Assembly (NCBI GenBank): GCA_964576115.1
Contig: CAZNUA010000016.1
Span: forward strand, 1 to 64,000
Direction of reading: 5' to 3'
Length of the DNA stretch: 64,000 bases
Source of the DNA: an uncultured Gemmatimonadota bacterium
GTDB taxonomy: Bacteria; Blakebacterota; Blakebacteria; Blakebacterales; Blakebacteraceae
Under the pieces are notes generated by a model. The model was given only the letters and a program-made list of their open reading frames with translations. It did no database searches and was not told the DNA's origin. Below are positions 48,088 to 56,500 of the stretch, in pieces. Numbering within the stretch: position 1 is the stretch's first letter; every line of letters begins with the position of its first letter. A program made the translations under genes and the position numbers.

Positions 48088-48125
48088 TTGACTTGCTGCG
48101 AATGAGTGTGATATAAAAATCACAC
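48088..48125 (+). promoter_or_regulatory. sigma-70-type promoter with overlapping palindromic operator
   Basis: TTGACT (48088) -18 nt- TATAAA (48112) with TG extension; GTGTGAT-N6-ATCACAC inverted repeat (48106-48125) straddles the -10. Confidence 0.6.
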
Positions 48126-48218
48126 CGCCTTGCCACATCATGACGAGTGCTCCACGCGGATACAAGCCGGGTCGAGGCCCAGTACCATTGTGGGATTGAA
48201 TACTGCATGACATGTAAG

Positions 48219-49685
48219 ATGCCCCACCTCAAAGTGTGGCCGGCCTTCGCGGTCATGCTTGGTATATGCCTCCTTCCGCTCTCCGCCTGGAGCGAACCGC
48301 TCCGGTCCCTGCCCCAGATTACCGACTCACAGGAACCGATGCTGGTGGCGGTGCTCGAACTCGAAGCCATCAGCGTGACGCCCTCCGAGGCCCGCGGCAT
48401 CACCGAACGGTTGCGCACCTGGCTCATCCGCACCCGGACCTTCACCGTCATCGAGCGGGGTCGGATGGCGGAGATCCTCGAGGAACAGGGTTTTCAGGGC
48501 AGTGGGGCCTGCGATACCGATGAATGCGTGGTACAGGTCGGGAGGGTCCTGGGGGTGCGCAAGATGGTGGCCGGCAGCGTCTCCCAGGTGGGCAATATAT
48601 TCTCGCTTTCGATCCGGCTCATCGACGTCGAGTCCGGCCGCATCGAAACAGAGTCCTTCAAGGATATCTCCGGCGGTATCGAAGAAGTCCTGGTTCAGGC
48701 GACCCAGGAAGTCGCCAACGAACTCGCCGCCCGGGTTCGGGGTGAGACAAGTGAACCTCCAGTTGGTGAACCCACGGCTGCAGCCGAGCGCGGGTATCTG
48801 ACCGTCATAACTGATCCACCGGGGGCCACCGTGCTTATCGACGGCACCGAGACGGGACGAACCCCCCTGCAGCAACACGCTCTGGCCGAGGGTACCTATA
48901 CGGTCGAGGTCCGGCTCGCCGGTCACGAATCCCAGAGCCGGCAGGTAGTCGTGCAGACCAGTGCCCCCGCCAATCTCGATCTGCGCCTGGAGCGCTCGGG
49001 CTCAGCCCGGATCACCCTGCAGAACGCCCTGACCGGGTCGGTCCTGCTCATCGGTGGAGACACAGAGCAACGCACGATCCTGGGATCGCCCGCCCACGAA
49101 CTGGACCTGACGCCGGGCACCTACACAATAGCGGTGCGGGCACACGGGTACACCCGCTGGCAGCGGGAGATCGAGTTGAGTGACGGCGACGATCTCACCT
49201 TCCCGCTCGTTCACAATCCAAAATCGCGGTTCACCGCCGGGCTGTTCTCCCTGGTTATTCCCGGAACCGGCCAGTTCTACTTCGGCCGGCCGGGGCGGGG
49301 CATCTTCGCCCTGGCGGCGGGGGCGGCGTCGATCGCCTACGGTCTGTCGAGCTTCGACAGCTATGTCGTTCTGCGGGATGACTACAACGACTTGCGCGCT
49401 GACTACGCGGCCGCAACCATCTACGCGGATCTGGTCGGGATCAAGGCCGACCTCGACGAGACCTACACCGATCTGCAGTCCGAACGGGACAAACTGGGTA
49501 CCGCCGTCGGCCTCATCGGCCTGGTCTGGTTCCTGAACGTCATCGATGCTGCGATTCTGGAGCCGCGCGCCCGCAGCATTCCCGGGGCCTCGAACGCACC
49601 GGGACCCGCCGTCATGCCCGACTTCGCTCTCACTACCCGGAATGGTAGGCTTTCTCTGTGCCTGCGGGTGTTGTTGCGGCCATGA
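48219..49685 (+). CDS. CsgG/TolB-N-like domain + PEGA domains + C-terminal DUF5683-like membrane region
   Basis: VAVLEL...FTVIERGRMAEILEEQ...CDTDECVVQVGRVLGV; PEGA TDPPGATVLIDG..GRTP; KSRFTAGLFSLVIPGTGQFY; start uncertain (48207-48255). Confidence 0.8.
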   Translation: MPHLKVWPAFAVMLGICLLPLSAWSEPLRSLPQITDSQEPMLVAVLELEAISVTPSEARGITERLRTWLIRTRTFTVIERGRMAEILEEQGFQGSGACDTDECVVQVGRVLGVRKMVAGSVSQVGNIFSLSIRLIDVESGRIETESFKDISGGIEEVLVQATQEVANELAARVRGETSEPPVGEPTAAAERGYLTVITDPPGATVLIDGTETGRTPLQQHALAEGTYTVEVRLAGHESQSRQVVVQTSAPANLDLRLERSGSARITLQNALTGSVLLIGGDTEQRTILGSPAHELDLTPGTYTIAVRAHGYTRWQREIELSDGDDLTFPLVHNPKSRFTAGLFSLVIPGTGQFYFGRPGRGIFALAAGAASIAYGLSSFDSYVVLRDDYNDLRADYAAATIYADLVGIKADLDETYTDLQSERDKLGTAVGLIGLVWFLNVIDAAILEPRARSIPGASNAPGPAVMPDFALTTRNGRLSLCLRVLLRP

Positions 49686-50536
49686 GGCGAATAATCACAG
49701 CCCTGATCCTGCTCCTGCTGCTGCTCGCCGGCACAGCCGGCTGCGACATGATCGTGGACATGATCGAGGAGCCACCCGAAGAACCTCCCGTCGACAACCC
49801 GATCGATCCCGATCCGGGGAATCCGAGTTTCATTGCCCCGAACACGACCATCCTCTCGCCCTCAAGCGGAACCACCTCCACCACGGCCAGCGTCACGGTC
49901 ACCTGGCAGGGCAATCAGGGCGTCGTCGCCTTCCAGGACAGTCTGGCCGGCGGCCGCTGGTCGGCCTGGTCGAACCGTACCTCGCGCACATACGGACCAC
50001 TTGACGAGGGAAGCTATGCCGTTTTCGTGCGGGCCGCCTACGATACGACCGTGGCGGCACTGATCGAAGACACTCCCGCCAGCTCCAGTTTCACGGTCGA
50101 TGCGGTTCAGGGAACTTCGCTGCACTTCAGCCCTCCCTACCTCGAGGGCGGTCTGACCGGCGCTATCGATATGAATCTGGTGGCCGAAGATGTGACCGAC
50201 CTGATGATGGTGAAGGCCGTTTTCACCTTCGATCCCGATATCGTCACTCTCGATTCCTGGTCCGCATCCGACTTCCTGACCTCGAACGGCGGCACCATTC
50301 TGTCCTATGCCGCAGGGGATAACACCGCCGGCCGCTTCGAGATCAACCTCTCAGTGGTCGGTGCCGACCCCGCCGGGGTGAGCGGTACCGGCACACTGAT
50401 CAACCTCACCTTCGCCGGCACCGCTGCCGGGCTGTCCTCGCTCACCTTCGTGGATGCCGAGACCGAGCTGCGCGATCCCTTGAATGACCCGATCGCGATC
50501 GTGCAGCTGGTCGACGCCCAGATCAGGGTGCGGTGA
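49682..50536 (+). CDS. lipoprotein with FN3/Y_Y_Y-like and cohesin-like domains
   Basis: ATGA overlap; lipobox TAG-C; DNPIDP; WSAWS..LDEGSYAVFVRA; cohesin-like FTFDP...GVSGTGTLINLTF...G.S.LTF. Confidence 0.78.
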   Translation: MRRIITALILLLLLLAGTAGCDMIVDMIEEPPEEPPVDNPIDPDPGNPSFIAPNTTILSPSSGTTSTTASVTVTWQGNQGVVAFQDSLAGGRWSAWSNRTSRTYGPLDEGSYAVFVRAAYDTTVAALIEDTPASSSFTVDAVQGTSLHFSPPYLEGGLTGAIDMNLVAEDVTDLMMVKAVFTFDPDIVTLDSWSASDFLTSNGGTILSYAAGDNTAGRFEINLSVVGADPAGVSGTGTLINLTFAGTAAGLSSLTFVDAETELRDPLNDPIAIVQLVDAQIRVR

Positions 50537-53500
50537 TGAGCAGGCGGATGAGACAGATGATTCCGGGTGGTGGAGCCCGCTCCATGCCCTGCCGGGTGTT
50601 CCTGGCGGTTCTGCTGATAAACCTGTCAGCTGCCATCCCTTCTGAGGTCCTCGCCCAGGGCGCCCGCCCTTCGATCGCCGTCTACCAGCCAACCGGCACC
50701 CAGGCGGGGGACATCACGATTCCCTATATCATCAGCGATCCCGAGAGTGATCCGATCGGACTGCTGGTCGAGTACTCGATCAATCAGGGCGGATCATGGG
50801 CGGCCACATCGGTCACCGGAGATACCTCAGGTATCGCTGTGGCCGATTACGATTCCAGCCTCATCTGGCAGAGCGGGAGTGATCTGGTGAACCAGGAGGC
50901 CGATGCTGTCTGGTTCCGGATCAAGCCGCACGACACGCTCGGTTGGGGCACGGCCGATACCACCTTCATCGATATTGACAACCGGGCCCCGCAGTGGATT
51001 GACGCCGAAGGGACGAGCGGAGACTCTACCTTCACCTTCCGGTTCGACGAACTGGTGGCTGACACCTCGGCCACGGATATCGACAACTACTCGCTGAGTG
51101 GCGGATTGACCGTCGCCAGTATCAGCGGCAGTGATGACGATACCTGGGTGACAAGAACCCACGAGGCTGCAGGTACAAACGGGGCGATGGCCGGGGTGAT
51201 CGATGGCCTTCTCTATGTCGCAGGTGGATTGGATGGAGCATCCAACGATGTACTAGAGGCATATGATCCCGTGAGTGACAGCTGGACGGTTAAAGCCTCG
51301 ATGCCCACCGGCAGACGTTCGGCGGCGGCAGGTGTGATCGATGGAAAACTCTATGTCGCAGGTGGAAACATTCCCGACCTCACGACTATCCTGGAAGTAT
51401 ACGATCCATCGACTGACAGCTGGATGACACGGGCTCCATTGCCATCGGCCAGAGAATTCGCGGAAGCCGGAGTCATTAACGGGAAACTCTACGTCGTAGG
51501 AGGAACAACGTTTAGTTCGGTACTTCTCGCCGACCTCGATATATACGATCCCTCGACGGACAGTTGGTCAACCGCGACACCCATGCCCACAGCCAGACGC
51601 GAACCTGCGGTAGGCGTTATCGACGGCAAACTGTACGTTGCGGGAGGGTATACCGGCAGCGCACAAACTGCCACGCTGGAAATATACGATCCCTCGACGG
51701 ATAGCTGGACAACTGCGGAGCCCATGCCCACGGCCAGAGATTGTGCGATTGGGGGAGTCATTGACGGGAAGCTGTACGTAGCAGGTGGGGGGCTCAGTGG
51801 CAGTGACCTGAACACCCTGGAGGTTTACGATCCCGCGACGGATAGCTGGTCGATCAAGTCTTACTTGCCAGCCGCGATATCCTTGTCGACTGGTGGAGTG
51901 ATCGACGGCAAGCTCTATACCATCAGTTCTTTTGGAACGGAAGTATTTGTATACACCGCCCTCCCAACAATCTACGAGTTGACGCTCACCAGCGGCCAGA
52001 CGCTGTCATCAGCGGAGCCGCCGGTCACGCTGACAGCAACGAACATTGTCGATCTCTATGGCAATACCGGGGCATCCCTGGACACGATCTTCACTCCGGA
52101 CGATCCGAACCGGCCGGGTATCGTACTCTGGCAGCCGGGGGGGATGCAGAGCGGTAACATCACGGTTCCCTACACCATCTCCGATCCGGAAGGCAGCGAC
52201 ATCGGTCTGCTGGCGCAATACTCCACCGATGGCGGCTCAACCTGGCTGGCGGCCTCGGTCAGCGGCGACACATCCGGAATCGTGTTGGACGACTACGATT
52301 CCAGCCTGACCTGGCAGAGCGGGACCGACCTTCCCGATCAGGCCCTGACCTACGCCGTTCAGTTCCGCCTCACACCTCATGATCCCGGTGGCTGGGGCAC
52401 ATCTGATATCACCCTTATCGATATCGACAACCTGGCGCCGCAGGGATTCTCCGCCACCGGAGATGCCGGTGACACCACCATCACCTTCTGGTTCGATGAA
52501 CTGGTCGACCGGGATACCGCGACCGATCCGGCGAACCTGGCTCTCAGCGGAGGATTGACCGTTGAGAGTGTCGTCATCCAGGGGGCGTTCGAGTGGTCTA
52601 CCCTCCAGCCGATGCCGGAACGCAGGTGGAGCGCGGTCACGGGTGTCATCGACGGCAGGCTGTATGTCGCGGGTGGCAATGATGCCTTCAATACTCCCAC
52701 CTCGACCCTCTACCGATACGATCCCGGGGCTAAAACCTGGGCGACCCTCACCCCGATGCCTACCGCCAGGGAGCGGGCGGTCGGGGGTGTGATCGACGGG
52801 AAGCTGTATGTCGCAGGCGGGACCAACCAGAGCGGATCTGTGCACAAACTCGAGGTCTACGATCCCGCGACCGACACCTGGACCACCAAGACGTCCTTGC
52901 CACAGGCCTTCTGGCATTCAGTCGCCGGTGTCATCGATGGCCGACTCTATGTCGCCGGAGGCCAGGATGGGGCCGGTGGGGCGGTGAACGATCTCATCGT
53001 CTACGACCCCGCGGCCGACGCCTGGTCGACGTTGACCTCCATGCCGACCGCCAGGAGCGATGCGGTTGCAGGCGTCATTGACGGCAAGCTGTACGTGACC
53101 GGAGGCCAGACAAGCACATCCAATTACGTCGCACAGCTGGAGGTATACGATCCCTCCATCGACAGCTGGTCGATCCTGATACCGATACCCACCGCCAGAG
53201 ACAATGCCGCCGCCGCGGTCGTGGACGGACGACTCTATGTGGCCGGCGGATGGGATGATTCCGGGGACAGGGCCGAACTTGAAGTCTACGATCCCGTTTC
53301 GAATACCTGGACTGCTCAGACACCGATGCCGAATCCCGATCGGCATTCGGCGGCGGCTGGAATAGAGGGGATCCTCTATGTCGTGGGTGGCGAGAGCAAT
53401 GATCCTGCCACCCTTGAGCAGTACACTGCTCTGCCCACAGGTTTCGAACTGACGCTTTCAAGCGGTCAGGTGCTCCCCGACAGTTCCACGGCAGTGACGT

Positions 53501-56500
53501 TGACCGCCTCGAACATCTCTGACATCTACGGCAATACCATCGCCACCCCGCTCGATACCACCTTCAAGCCCTATTTCTACGATCCCAACCGCCCGACGGT
53601 CGCGGTCTACGGACCAGCAGAAATCGTTCGTGGCGACATATCGATCGGATACGTCATTGCCGATGTGGAGAACAACCCGGTCGGGCTGCTGGCTGAGTTC
53701 TCCACCGACGACGGTTCGAACTGGCAAGCGGCATCAGTCAGCGGCGACACTTCGGGCATAGAATCGGCAGATTATAATTCCAGCCTGGTGTGGCAGAGCG
53801 GAACGGATCTGCCCGATACGGATCTCACCTACGGGATCCAGTTCCGCCTCACTCCTCACGATATCGGTGGCTGGGGCACGGCCGATATCACTCTTGTCGA
53901 TATCGACAACCAGGCACCGCAGGAGATCGTCGAAGCCGAAGGAGTGGTTGGCGATACCACCTTCACTTTCCGGTTTAACGAGCCGGTCGCCGATACATCC
54001 GTTACGAACACTTCGCATATATCCCTGAGCGGGGGCTTGAGCCTCGACAGTATCACAGCGGGCGATGCCTGGTCGGTCGGCGCCGACATGACGACCGGCC
54101 GGTATAATGCCATGGCCGGCGTCATCGACGGGAGACTTTACGTCGTCGGAGGACGATCCGAGACTTCGCCCCTCGATCAACTCTCAGTCTATGATCCGGA
54201 TACAGATTCCTGGTCGACCGGGCAGGCCATGCCGACCGCCAGACACTCGGCCGCGGCGGGCATCATCGATGGTAAACTGTATGTAGCAGGGGGAGTTGAC
54301 GATTCTTTCACGCGCCTGAGTGTGCTGGAGATCTACGATCCCGACACCAACAGCTGGTCAACCGGCACACCTCTACCCGATCCCACCGGCTGGCCGGCAG
54401 CTGGCGTTATCGACGGCCGTCTGTACGTCGTCGGCGGAAGCAGCAATGACGTCAGCTATCTGAATTCTACGCGGTGCTACGATCCGGCCTCGAATACCTG
54501 GACCGATCTGACCCCGATACCGACCGCCCGCTCCAGCGCCGCCACCGGAGTCATCGGGCGGAAACTGTATGTCGCCGGCGGAGAGGGCACATCGGGTGAA
54601 TCAGCCAGCCTCGAAATCTACGATCCGGATACGGACAGCTGGGTGACGGGTACCCTGCTTCAGACGGCCAGAACGAGTGCCGCCGGTGGTGTGATTGGCG
54701 GCCGCTTCTACGTTGCCGGCGGATTCAATGGCAATGAGCTGGGCTCCCTGGAAGTCTACGATCCGGCCACGGATACGTGGGTGTTCCGGTCACCACTGCC
54801 GGAAACGCGGCGATTTGCCGCCGCCGGCGTCGTGGGCGGCACCCTACATCTGACGGGTGGATTGTCCTACGTCGACAATACCGATTCGAAATCCCACGTT
54901 GTCTACGACCCGCAGAACGCGTTCCGGGCCTCTCTGACAGGCGGCCAGGTGCTGCCACCCGCCGACACTCCGGTGACGATAACAGCCGTCGATATCTCCG
55001 ATTACGCCGGCAACGCCATCACTTCCCCGCTCGAGTATACGTTCTACCCCACCCACATCGATACTATCCGGCCTTCGATTACGCTGACCCAGCCGACCGG
55101 AATGCAGAGCGGGGAGGTGTCGATCCCGTTCCTCATTGCCGACGCAGACAGCAGTGCCGACGGTCTGCTGGCCGAATATTCAAGCGACACCGGCGGGACG
55201 TGGCAGCCGGCTACGGTCAGCGGCGATACCAGCAGTATCGCGTCCGTTGATTACGCCGGCAGCCTGACCTGGCTTTCGGGCACCGATCTGGCCGACCAGG
55301 AGAATAGCGGTGTCTGGTTCCGGGTCCGGCCGCACGACACGGTCGGGTGGGGCACGCCCGATACGATCACGGTCGATATCGACAATCGGGCCCCGCAGTG
55401 GGTCGATGCCCGGGCCGTCGCGGGCAGCGACTCCTTCGAGTTCTGGTTCGATGAGCCCGTCGTTGACGCCCGGGCGTTGAACACCGGCAATATCGCAATC
55501 TCGGGCGGGCTCACGATCGATACGATCGAGAAGGTACCCAACTGGGTCGTTGAAGAAGAGAACATCCTCTGGCGCGCCGACCCCGCAGCCGTGACGGTGG
55601 GAAGGAAACTCTACCTGATCGCTGGTGAAGGAAAAGATGGTGAACCCGCCACCCGCAACAGCATGGAGATCTTCGATTTCGATACCGGCCGGTGGGAACT
55701 CCGCAGCGGGTACCCCTTCGATCTGGGGCACGCCTGGGCGGTCGCGGTCGGGAATACGATCTACATGGGTGGTTATGAGGACCGCTTCTACAAATACGAT
55801 ATCGGGAGTGATACCTGGACACAACTGACGGCCGTATCAGGAATCGCTTTCAGCGCGGTGGCCGTCATCGACGGTCTGATCTATGTCGCCGGTGGGGATG
55901 AATTTGGCAGTGGCGCCGTGGGAACTCTGCGCATCTTCAACCCGGTCTTGGAGACCTGGTCGTACGGGAGTTCCATGGCGGAAGCCCGAGAATATGCGGC
56001 GTATGGGGTTATCGACAACCGGCTCTATGTGGCGGGGGGTACCGGTAACGCTGGAGATCTGACGACTGCTGAAGTCTATGACCCCGACACCGATACCTGG
56101 GAGTACATCAGTTCTCTCCTCAGTCCTGAAGGCACCACCATGGGCTGGACTCTGGGCAACCGGCTGTTCATGGTCGGCAATGACACCCTCTGGGTCTATG
56201 ATGCCCCGACTGATACGTGGTCGTGTGAGAGTGAAACCCCTCGTGATCGGGTTCTGCATGCCGTATCTGTCTTCGAGGGACGCGCCTATATCCTCGGCGG
56301 TTTCATTTCCAGTGGTCAGTTGCCCCTGGTCGATTCCTACGATCCGGTCACCCGCTACCGGGCTTTCCTGGCCGGCAGTCAGTTCATGCCGGAAAGCTCC
56401 CTGACGCTGACCGCTTCCAACATCAACGACCTGTACGGGAATGCGGCCGGTCCGCTTTTGACCGACTTCGTATCGAACGATACCAACGACGATCCCGAAA

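Noticed and set aside
51140-56345. Regularly spaced DNA repeats as possible CRISPR array or DGR template/variable repeats
   Set aside because: Repeats are degenerate, in frame and encode Kelch blades; no cas or reverse transcriptase gene in the window
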